Assembly (NCBI RefSeq): GCF_006345805.1
Contig: NC_043006.1
Location: forward strand, 44,020,001-44,084,000
Length of the DNA: 64,000 nucleotides
Direction: 5' to 3'
Source of the DNA: Octopus sinensis
Lineage: Eukaryota
Shown here: one piece after another, positions 53,208 to 64,000 of the stretch
Layout: every line of letters starts with the position of its first letter
How positions within the stretch are numbered: the stretch's first letter is position 1
Translations under genes and position numbers: made by a program
The notes under the pieces: model-generated
Told to the model about the DNA's origin: nothing
Database searches by the model: none
What the model saw: only the letters and a program-made list of their open reading frames with translations

Positions 53208-53893
53208 TGAAAATCCATTCAAAATGCAAGCAACTTGTTTGAATTGATGACGAAAACAATTAAATAAGTTGTTGAAACCAGAGTCGGAAAGTATACAAAG
53301 ATTCATACGTCACAGTGTGCATGTGTACATAATACGCATACATATATGCGCATGCATGTAAGTGTATGTATACACACATATACACACCTAGATGCATGTA
53401 TGAATAATTTCTGATTCTAGTTGCAATTAATAATTTCAGATGAATTATAGATATATATATATACATATATATGTATAAATACATATATATATATATGTAT
53501 ATATATAGCAGCTCTCAACATTTAAATATTGAGATACATGAGAAATGAAATGATGTATGAGAATTTAAACATAGTATAAACGTCTATACTGCTGCCGTGA
53601 ATCCACTGCCAACAGCACCTCCATCACTATCACAAGACTGTTTTCCATGCCGGCACAAGATGGACAAAGTTGCAGTCAAAATCAGTTCTTATTCAGTATC
53701 ACTACCCTCCCAGATGAATCAGGAGACCACACCTCATCCATACATACACAGTTTTGGTGTGGTTTCTGCAAATGGATGTCTTTCTTCACACTAAACAATT
53801 TGCAGAATTTATTAGTAATATTTTATCATAGCGCCAATAGTCAAAGTCTTGTCCCTTACAAAACTGAAGTCTCACTATACACACACACACACA

Positions 53894-54007
<114 letters not shown>

Positions 54008-54368
54008 CCTTGTAGTATGTTATGCAAAGCTCATCCAAAGTTATTGGCAACCTGATGTCATCATATAGAGTAGTATCTGTAGAGTTTATATGAATAAACA
54101 AATGAAAGAAAATGGAATTAATGTGGTAAGTAGCTTGTTTACCAACCACATAGTTCCAGGTTCAGTCCCACTGTATGGCATCTTGGGCAAGTGCCTTCTA
54201 CTATAACCAACCAAAGCCTTGTGAGTGGATTCAGTAGTCAGAAACTGAAAGAAGCCCATTGTATATATGTATATGTGTGTCTGTGTTTGTCCCCCCACCA
54301 TTGCTTGACAACTGATGTTTGTGTGTTTAGGCTCCTGTAACTTAGCAGTTTGTATGTGTATGTGTATG

Positions 54369-54402
<34 letters not shown>

Positions 54403-55144
54403 ACATTTTTGATAGTATATTGGTAATATGTACCTGTATATAAGTATAATAATAAACAATTCTTTCATTTTCTCTAACACTATTATTATTACTTAGATAC
54501 ACACACACTAGTAAACTAAAACCATAAATTTATATTCTTTGATAGAATCACTTCGCTTGTCATTAATACTCTTCATTAAAAAAAAACATTACAACTTCTA
54601 ATTTATTTGATGCAAATGTAAAAAAAAAATCAAACATGCTTTTTTTTTTTTTAACATCAGCCTACTGCCCTTCACATGGTTTGAACCTGGAAAGTTGTCA
54701 CAAAGTGCTATATGATATTTTATTATCATAAAGTTTCCTAGTTCAAAACATGACAGGAACATAGAAACATTAAACATAATAAGAAAAAGAGAAAGGGGGT
54801 GGGGAATGGGGAGTGGTGGTGGTCGTCAAAGGAAACTATATTTCCATTTGTTTTTCAAATTGTTGATACTATTTTGTTGGTTGCAGCTACCAACTAAAGT
54901 GTCAGGGTTTTATAGCGATGAGGCAAGATTTAGGGCTCAAATGCACAGAGCAGGAACAGATACGACAAGTGATCCTGTCCAACACTCTAAGAATGCCACC
55001 AGTTCACCTTGCTAGATTGGCACTTTTTTTTTTAATCAATCCTGAATGGATGAAAGACAAAGCTGATTTCAGTAGGATTTTAATTTGGGATACAGAGTTG
55101 AAACAAGTACCGTGAAGCATTCTGTTTGATGTTCTAACAACACT

Positions 55145-55690
55145 GCTAATTTACCACAAAAAGGAGAGAATGGTAAGTCAAAGACATCAAGGAGCAGCTG
55201 GTAAGCAAAAGAGAGACTAGTAAATAAAAGAGAGACTGCTAAACCAAGGAGTGGTTGCAAACCCAAGGAGAGGCTGCGAACCCAAAGAGGGAGTTGCGAA
55301 CCTAAAGAGGGAGCTATGAACCCAGAGAGGTTGATAAAGAGAGGTTGCAAAATCAAAGAGAAGCTGTGAATCCGAAGAAAGGCTGCTAACTCAAAGAGAG
55401 GTTGCTAACCCAAAGAGGGGCCGAGGGCCTAAAGAGACGTTGCTAACTCAAAGAGATGTTGCTAACTCAAAGAGAGGTTGCTAACTCAAAGAGAGGTCGC
55501 TAACTCAAAGAGAGGTTGCTAACCCAAAGAGGGGCTGTGAGCCCAAAAGAGAGGCTGCAAACTCAGAGAGAGGTTGCAAAACCAGAGAGGGGCTGCTAAC
55601 CCAAAGAGGAGCTGTTGTCCCAAAGAGGGGCAACTAAACAAACAAGAGGCTACTAAATTAAAGAGACACTGGTAAAACAGCGAATATGTT
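55145..55690 (+). repeat. Minisatellite, 19-20 bp unit (CAAAGAGAGGTTGCTAACT)
   Basis: Roughly 25-28 units; near-perfect at 55440-55520 and decaying toward both edges. Confidence 0.9.
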
Positions 55691-55884
55691 GCTGACTGAA
55701 AAAACAAAGTAATGAAAAATACCAATTACCTATTGTATGTAGGAGGGGAAAAAAAAAAAGATCGATGAGAGTAGACATGTCATTCATGAAGCATTAGAGA
55801 CCATTAAGGTTAAACGCGAAAATTATTCAGCATCTCAAACCAAAGAAACTAAATTATTGAAATACAACAAAATAAAAATGATAT

Positions 55885-56345
55885 CCCGCATCATTCAAAG
55901 TAGTAATATCATTGAAGCTTAATAAATGAGAGATCAGAGCACAGAAGCATCAGGCATGGTAATATCACTGAAACTACTAAGCACAAGTAGGTGCCTTGCT
56001 TCATTCATGGTAATATGTTTGAAAGCAATATGCAAATAAGGAAAAACTACCAATGACACCGAGACCAATAAATAAAGAGATATCAACCATACCAGACATG
56101 GTAGCCTTTAGATCAGTAAATAATGTAAATATTAGAACAGGCATAATAATATGATTGGTACAAGTAAATAAGTGATTATATATATATATATGTGTGTGTG
56201 TATATATATATATGAGCTAGTATCATTAATGCTACATATAAAGAAGATATATATTATATCAGACATGGTAATATCATTGAAACTAGTAATTGAATGATAG
56301 ATATTTATTACATCAGACATAATAACATCATTGAAACCAATAAGT
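55885..56345 (+). repeat. Degenerate tandem repeat, ~45-56 bp period, core catcagacatggtaatatcattgaaact
   Basis: Core variants at about 55903, 55959, 56010, 56101, 56146, 56268 and 56322, interrupted by a TA/TG microsatellite. Confidence 0.7.
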
Positions 56346-59324
56346 GACAGCAATGGCGGCTAAGGTAGTTAGATACTAAATTTGGATACTGCTTAGAAAA
56401 CTTAGTCTCTCCAGTTGAATGAATAAAATCTGGATGTAATACCATAAAGACCACCACTGCTGCTGCTGCTGTTGTTGTTATTACTATTGTTTAACCTCAG
56501 ACTAGCCCTGGTTGAATAAGGCTAAACCATGATCAAACATGCCCTTGTCATATCCATTCTTTTTTTTTTTTTTTTTTTCTTTGTGTGTGTATGTATATCT
56601 AGGACAACACTGACCAATGTGTCTTAACAACAAATCTGTTGTTCGAATGTCTCCGATACACTTTTTACACACAACTTAGAAAATATCTTTGCCATAAATT
56701 TTTAAACATTTTCCAGAATCTCTGAATAGATTATTCCTTATTTCTTAAAACCCTTTTATTACTACATTTCAAGTGAAATTACACTCACTTTCTTTCAAAT
56801 AATCTTGAAAACAATACAGAATTTAGTAAAATAACTGTCATTATTAAACCTGGTGTTTGGAACATCAATTAACATAAAATATTAATGAAGGGTTTTAATT
56901 TAGACCACTTTAAAACATGAAGTCAGCTATCACAGAACCAGAGGCTGTCTCAGGTAGATTGGTATCAAAAAGGAATACACTACTCAAGTCATGTCTACAG
57001 TATTTTCCTATTACCATAATTCAGGTAGTATACTCTAAAGAAAATCAATATGTTGACCAGTGTTTATTGTTACAGAGTCTATAACTAAGAGGTGACAGAC
57101 TCCCTGCCGTTAATAACTTTTGCTCACAAAAAGGAAAAACAAAATAAGCAAATAAGCTTTAACAGAAATTTAAACTTTCCATATGCTGAGAACAAGAGAC
57201 AAAATATATAGATAAAATAACTTGGAATAAAATCTAGTGAAAATTGCTCATTAAAGATAAATAACTAACAGGCTGGCTTCCAACAAAGCGAGACTGTTTA
57301 ATGAGAAAGAAAACCTGAAAATAAGTTGAAATTAAATTATAGATAAGTTGATTTGCAAGACAACTATTCAGGTACTGTCAATGTGTCTACTTATAGCTGG
57401 CCTGGTTTATGAAAATAGCACATGCAGTGACATATACTAATTTCTGTCTTATAGTGGTTAACACCATCATTATTTACTACACTAGTTTTAAATTCACCTT
57501 TGAAAGCTCAACTAAAGTTACTGGCTTTTGCTTTTGCATCAAACTGTATCAAACCAATGAAAAGTATAAAAGAAAGGAAAAACTTTAAATGAAATGAATA
57601 AACTAAGAATTAAATATGGGTAACTTGCTCAGCAGGATAGAAAATCTTCATTAATTCATCAAAGTACTAAGAAGATTGTGACAGAAAACATTTCTTTTTT
57701 AAACACTTATTTAAAACAATAAACAAAATCATAAGATAAAATTAAACAAATTTTCATTTTACAGGAAGTTAAAAATATAAAAAAAATATAATATGATAAT
57801 GCCTAAATGATTAATAAAAGAAAGGAAGAAGGAAACTCCATAATGTTTTTATAAACAAATATTGAACAGATTATTCAACTGGGGAATTAATTCCTGTTCT
57901 AAAACTGGATTACATGCTTCAATTTTGCTTCAGATGACATACTGACAACTTGAATTATTGTACAGCAGCAAGCAGTTGTTTAATCCATATTTAGGTTGCT
58001 AACAGTTCCTTCTTGAATAAACATGGACTACAAGTATAAGAGATGTCTTTCTTCATCTTCCTAGCAGCTAAGATAGAGAAGACAGAGTTTGCTAAAAATA
58101 TCTACTGTAATATATTTAGGAAGATAACAGCAATATAGAGTAGGTACTAAAAGATAATGGAGTTAGTTTTAGTTAAAATGCTGAAATTTTGTACTATCTG
58201 CATCGTATTAAACACTTATTTCAATGAAAAGACAATATAATTTTCAAGAGAGAATACAGCAGCAAAGCACTTCGGAAAAGAACAGTGATTTCAATCAGAT
58301 GTGAAACAACATGATAGGATTGAATTAATAAAACAGATAAAACTACAAGAGAAAATGGTGAAAATAAAGTAAAAATAGAAAAGACAGATAGATGAGCAAT
58401 GTGAAAAGATAAAAATATCATAACAGGAAAGAGATAAGGAAGACAAAAAAAAACATAAAAGAGGAGGTTTTATTGTATAAAAAAAAAATGCGTGTGAAAA
58501 ATAATAATACAAAACAAGAAATTATAAATAAAGAAACGTGTGAGATGCAAAGAAAGATAAATATATTTTTAAATAAAAAGATGAGGTAGGTTGAAAAGGA
58601 AGTGACAAGGAAATAGTGACAGAGAAAAAGGAAGAGAGAAACTATAAGGGGGGAAAAAAAAAAAAAAAAAAAGTAGGCAACATGGCGAGTAAATGTAATA
58701 AATAACTTAAGTAGCTTTATCTATTGTTTTTAACCATTCTCCTATCACCCCACTTGGTCTCTGTAGTGTTTCATGCCAGCTTATATATAAAAGAAATCAC
58801 TATAGTATTATGTGCCAGTTTGAAAATACTATAACTAAGGGAAAAAAAAAAAAGAAAATGAACAATAATAAATTTATATCTCCTAGTTGGTTGGCTCAGC
58901 TTAAGGAAGTTAGCCTGAGATTGGGGTTAAATGTAAATACTACACAATTAAATTTTAATCAGCTGAAGCACACAAAAGATACTTGCTACCCACCACCAAG
59001 CATGAAAAGCAGAAATTTTAATAAATCTAAACAATGAAAGATATACTTTAACACTGACTGTGTGTGGAAAACAAGAACTGATTCAACCAGTCATTGCAAA
59101 TGAGATTTATGCAGTTGTAGTGGCCATGTTTGGACTTTTAGGAAAATATTATCAAAATATAACATTAACACTTTAGCATTTAAATCAGCGATGTCCGGCC
59201 AAAATATTCTACCTGTTTTATGGTCAAATTGGCTTGATCTGGCCTCTCACACCTACCCTACAATGTCATTCTGAAAATAAATAATGTCATTATCAAAATC
59301 TCAAAGATATGAAGATATTGCCAG

Positions 59325-59645
59325 ATTGTCCTTGCATACAGGCCTGTCCCCTGCATCCATCTCCAGCTGAACATTCCTAATGTTGCGGGCTTGTGGGTGC
59401 TGATGCTACTTAAAAAGCACCCATGCCGGTGCCACATAAATCCACCCATGCCAGTGCTGTGTAAGAGCATCCAGCACACACTGTAAAACAGTTGGTGTTA
59501 GGAAGGGTAACCAGCTGTAGAAACCATGTCAAAACAGACATGGGGCCTGAGAAAGCTCTTTAGCTGCCCAGCTCCTATCAAACCATCCAATCCATGCCAG
59601 CATGGAAAACGGGTTTCAAATGATGATGATGCTGATGATGATGAT
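59325..59645 (+). mobile_element. Non-autonomous retroposon ending in a (GAT)n tail (family D)
   Basis: ...ccatgccagcatggaaaacgggtttcaaatgatgatgat. Reverse copies at about 172-340, 6340-6530, 25198-25330 and 59955-60205; another at about 36770-37030. Confidence 0.65.
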
Positions 59646-61404
59646 GAATGTGAATAAATAAGTATTACACTTGATATAGTAATATGGATAGTAAAGGGTT
59701 AAGGATGTATTCTCTCCTTAGTGGATACAGGCTTGCCTTCTGCTTCAGAAAAATCCATTTCCAAACTTATAAACTTTCTGCCACTCAAAATTCCTTCCAC
59801 CCTACCATCAGAGAATGGGCAGCACTCAGCACTTCTTCAGGTGGTAGACAGAGAATGCCTGGCAAAGGCAATATAAGTGATGTTCTGTGTAAGCCTTTAG
59901 CATTCACATTACTCTGTCTGAACTAACCATGCATTATTTCATAGCTTTGATATTTTGATGTCATCATCGTCATCTTTTAATGTCCATTTTCCATGCTGGC
60001 ATGCGCTGGACAGTTTGACAGGAGCTGGCAAGTCAGAGAACTGCTCCAGGCTCCAACAGCCTGTTTTGGCATGGTTTCTACAGCTTTTACAGAGTGTACT
60101 AAATGCTTTTAATGTAGCGCTAGCACCAGTGCCTTCTTACTGGCACCAGCAAAAGTTCTTTCTATATGGCACCAGTACAGGCGCTTTTTATACGATACAC
60201 CCGTGCTGTTTATTTTGAAAATAAACATTGTAGGGTAGGTATGAGAGCCCAGATCTGGCCAATTTGAACATCAGCAGAAAGGATATTTCAGCCAGAGTTA
60301 AGCTTCTGCATGCTAATGATGATGAGAGGGAGGTAAAATGAGATACAATTTTCAAACAGGAGGTTAGATCAAAGAGTTTAATACACATATACAGGGTTGG
60401 CTATTTGAATAAAAGGACTTATGACTAACATGAAGCTCAACAGGATGACGTGCCTGAGAAGAGAAGTGGATGACACTTTTAAAGGTCTTGAGAGAGGGTA
60501 CTAGACTGGAAAGTTCATCAGAGCAATGACCATGGAAATACTTCTAGAAAAGACACAACGGAGATACATTTTGGCAATGAGCCAAAGATGCCTGCCTAGT
60601 AGAAAGAAGAGGATCGACCATGTTAATTCTAAACAGCATAATTATGTTCCTAATGATTGTTATTTTAGATCATAACATTACTGATGCTAACCAATAGAAA
60701 CAGGGATTCCAGAGAATAGATAATGCTTCGTGTTAACCGTATCTTATGTAATGTCTCTGAAGTGGGCAAAAGTTTTTAATTTCTATTTTGGATAAACTCT
60801 GTTGTCAAAACAGAAAAGAGAAGAGAGAGGTAAGGAAGGAGAATAAGAGGGAGAGAGGGTAGATGGAAACAAAACGGAGAGAATAGTTTTCACAGAAAAT
60901 GTCCAATATCACGAACAATGTAAAAATAGCATCTGAAATATCGCTTTAATTAAAAGATAGTAATAACATTAGGGTATTATATATTAATTTATATACTAGA
61001 TACAGAAACCAATAAATTTCAGTTAAATGTCCTAGAGAAACAATAGAGGAGCTTCTTAATTTGAAATATGCATTATTAATATTATTTTCAATTTATTTTT
61101 CATAAATGGAAGTATTCCATTGAATTTTGAGACTTAGGTATTGTTATATTTGCATTATGTTGTCTACATTAGTTGAATAAGAGTGTTGATTACTGCGTTC
61201 TGTCCTAACCCAAGGGGGGAATGTATACAAGTATAAATATCATAGAAAAGATGATCAGAAAACGTATGAATCAAAACGATGTAAAAGAACAACAGGAAGG
61301 ACAAAAGGAGGATGAGGTTAATAGGCTGGTTAATTTGATATCGGTATGATTTTGCCAACAGAAGATAACTTGGTTCAACTAGATTTTTCTGAGAATAATA
61401 ATAT

Positions 61405-61497
61405 TTAATATGCAGTCAATAACTTCAAACACACACACATTGTGTGTGTGCGCGCGTGTGTGTGTGTGTGCATATATATATGTATGTATGTATGTAT

Positions 61498-61561
<64 letters not shown>

Positions 61562-62104
61562 TAGAATATATTATATATATTATATATATGTATATATAGA
61601 TAGATAGATATATGTATATATATTATATATATGTATATATATATATAGATAGATAGATAGATATATGTATATATATTATATATATGTATGTATATTATAT
61701 AGATAGATAGATAGATATATGTATATATATTATATATATGTATGTATATATATATATATATATTATACATATATATATATATATGTATATATATACATAT
61801 AATTATACATACACACACATGTATATATTATACATATAATTATACATACACACACACATATATATACATACATTATATATATACATATATATATATATGC
61901 ATATATATATACATACATACATTATGTATATACATATATTATATATATATATACACATACATATATTATACATATATACATACATATATTATACATATAC
62001 ATATATATATATACATATATACATACATATATTATACATATACATATATATATACACACACACATATATATATATACAATTATACACATATGTGTGTGTA
62101 TGTA

Positions 62105-62150
<46 letters not shown>

Positions 62151-62165
62151 TACATACGCACACAC

Positions 62166-62208
<43 letters not shown>

Positions 62209-62227
62209 TACGCACACACATGTGTGT

Positions 62228-62271
<44 letters not shown>

Positions 62272-62337
62272 ATAATATATATATTATATATATATACACA
62301 CATGTGTGTGTATGTATGTGTCTATAATATATATATA

Positions 62338-62370
<33 letters not shown>

Positions 62371-62401
62371 CCATATATATATACACACGTGTGTGTATGT
62401 A

Positions 62402-62461
<60 letters not shown>

Positions 62462-62484
62462 CACACGTGTGTGTATGTATGTGT

Positions 62485-62521
<37 letters not shown>
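61405..62521. repeat. Compound (TA)/(GATA)/(TACA) microsatellite field with higher-order units
   Basis: Recurrent cacacatgtgtgtgtatgtatgtgtc units separated by (TA)n, some inverted. Confidence 0.95.
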
Positions 62522-62523
<2 letters not shown>

Positions 62524-63074
62524 TAAAAAGAAAAATGTAAGATCAGTTCTGAGTAAAAGGAAAGAAGCAATAAACAAAACAGTATTTAAATCCTTTGACC
62601 ATGGTTTCAAATAGCATTCAGTACCATTGAGCTTTAATTTGTTAACAGGATTCCATCAGAGTAAAAGATTTGCAATGAAAGCAAAATGAAATGGAAAAAT
62701 ACACGATTTCAAATTTGATTCTTACAAAGTCCAGTATGAAAAAAAAAAAAAAAGAAAGAAAGAAAGAAAGAAAGTAAAGTGAATTGAATAGAATTTCTAA
62801 GTGAAATAGTATTAGAATTTATGAAATATTGAAATAGTTTTATTTATGAATTATGAATAGTTTTCCTTGTGAATTTATGAAACATAGAAATTTATGAATT
62901 ATTGAAAGTATTTCAATAATTCACTTCATTACCTTCGTGATTATTATCGAAATATAAATACTTAGAAGACAGACACCTATAGAAGAAGAAGAATCGTGAA
63001 ACTAGTTTCTTCTGCTGTAACAGACAACAGTGGTTTTAAAGATATCATAGAAATAGAATGTGACTAGTACTTAC

Positions 63075-63202
63075 AAAGGCCTTGCTGGTTCCGATACAAC
63101 TAAAGTTCCATCTTTAGTGACAGCGTTTTCTTCATCTTCATCATCATCATCAGCAACATCTGTTGCAAGGTTATTAAGCTGGGCAGCTATAAGATCCAAA
63201 TC
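63075..63202 (-). CDS. MAP4K4: Internal coding exon of a Misshapen/TNIK/MINK1/MAP4K4-family (GCK-IV) Ste20 kinase; linker region between kinase and CNH domains
   Basis: Acceptor ttttgttttgttttcaag and donor gtaagt flank 128 nt, phase 0 to phase 2, open: DLDLIAAQLNNLATDVADDDDEDEENAVTKDGTLVVSEPARP+TT. It parallels the recalled human TNIK exon (DLTALAKEL..acidic run..HDGTVAVSDIPRLI, same phases) and the Msn DGTL...PPxPL motif. Invertebrates have one msn-like gene, so the symbol denotes the family. Needs BLAST confirmation. Confidence 0.85.
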
Positions 63203-64000
63203 CTTGAAAACAAAACAAAATTAATTAATAAAAGTATATACATTTTTATTACTCTTTTATTTATTTATTTATTTTCTGTTTTCGTTTATATTGTTATACC
63301 AAATTTTTGACACAGAACAACACTATGGTGGCAGTTGGAGATGACAGGCATCAGATGTTGTCTTCAAGTCAGAGACAAAAGAAGAGTAAAAGAAATATTA
63401 CGAAACACATCTATATCTTTTGTACTCGTGGTTGAAGTAATAAAAGGTGAGATCTAAGACAGGTGGTTTTTAATAGTGTGGAGAAGGTAGAGGTGGTGTG
63501 CTGAGAAATTAAAAAAGGAAGGAAGGAAGGGGTAGTAGTCACTCGGTAGACGAATTAAATGGAAAATTAATATAAGAAATAGTGAATTAACATAAGAAAT
63601 GTATATGATGAAAGTGTATGATAAACAAAGTAGACAAAGAAGAAACTCTTCTTTGAAATCATTGATTAATAAATGAAAATCAATCAGTAGAATTTCAAGA
63701 GTGAAAAATCATATTGGGAAAATATCAGAATGATTACATTACAACACGCATATATTCACATTCACACAGACGCAAACACATAAGAATCTTTAAAAGAAAC
63801 TCGACGCTTTTATGTCAATAAAATAAAAAGAAAGTTGAAAAATTTATTGTTTGATGGGACATATTTTTAAAAAGCCACACATATACACACACAGACAAAC
63901 TTTAATCTCAATAGTTAAATCTTGAATAAACAAATGAATACAAAGCAAATGATAGCTTGGAATCCTTTATTGAAGGAGATGAGTAAAGCAAACAAGAAAA

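Noticed and set aside
55069-55725. ORFs across the 19-bp minisatellite
   Set aside because: The period is not a multiple of three; low-complexity artefact.
55885-56345. CRISPR-like reading of the repeat-spacer pattern
   Set aside because: Degenerate repeats, irregular spacing, no cas genes and a clearly eukaryotic context.

Overview
AT-rich, microsatellite-dense eukaryotic DNA. The tRNA-headed SINE families, MITEs and LINE relics look like those of Octopus (coleoid cephalopod); this assignment is from recalled repeat sequences, not a database search. Almost all of the window appears to be intronic sequence of one minus-strand gene. A 128-nt exon at 63075-63202 (DLDLIAAQLNNL..acidic..KDGTLVVSEPARP) matches the linker exon of Misshapen/TNIK/MINK1/MAP4K4 kinases. 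A phase-compatible 60-nt exon lies about 45 kb further on (17721-17780), and there are several weaker exon candidates. No kinase-domain or CNH-domain exon is visible. Nearly all ORFs in the supplied track are microsatellite or repeat artefacts; the exceptions are an R4/Dong-type endonuclease fragment and an RTE fragment. The most interesting signal is three unrelated Penelope-like repeats that each carry a hammerhead-ribozyme fold (about 8.9-9.1 kb, 14.2-14.4 kb and 25.0 kb). Two are inverted or fold-back structures, and one has a 72-nt insert identical to a SINE 1.7 kb away. Also present: a ~980-bp tandem duplication, an RTE relic flanked by ~80-bp direct repeats, two minisatellites, a stop-containing cassette-exon candidate and CpG-retaining intronic patches. 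No CRISPR array, rRNA or bona fide tRNA gene was seen.
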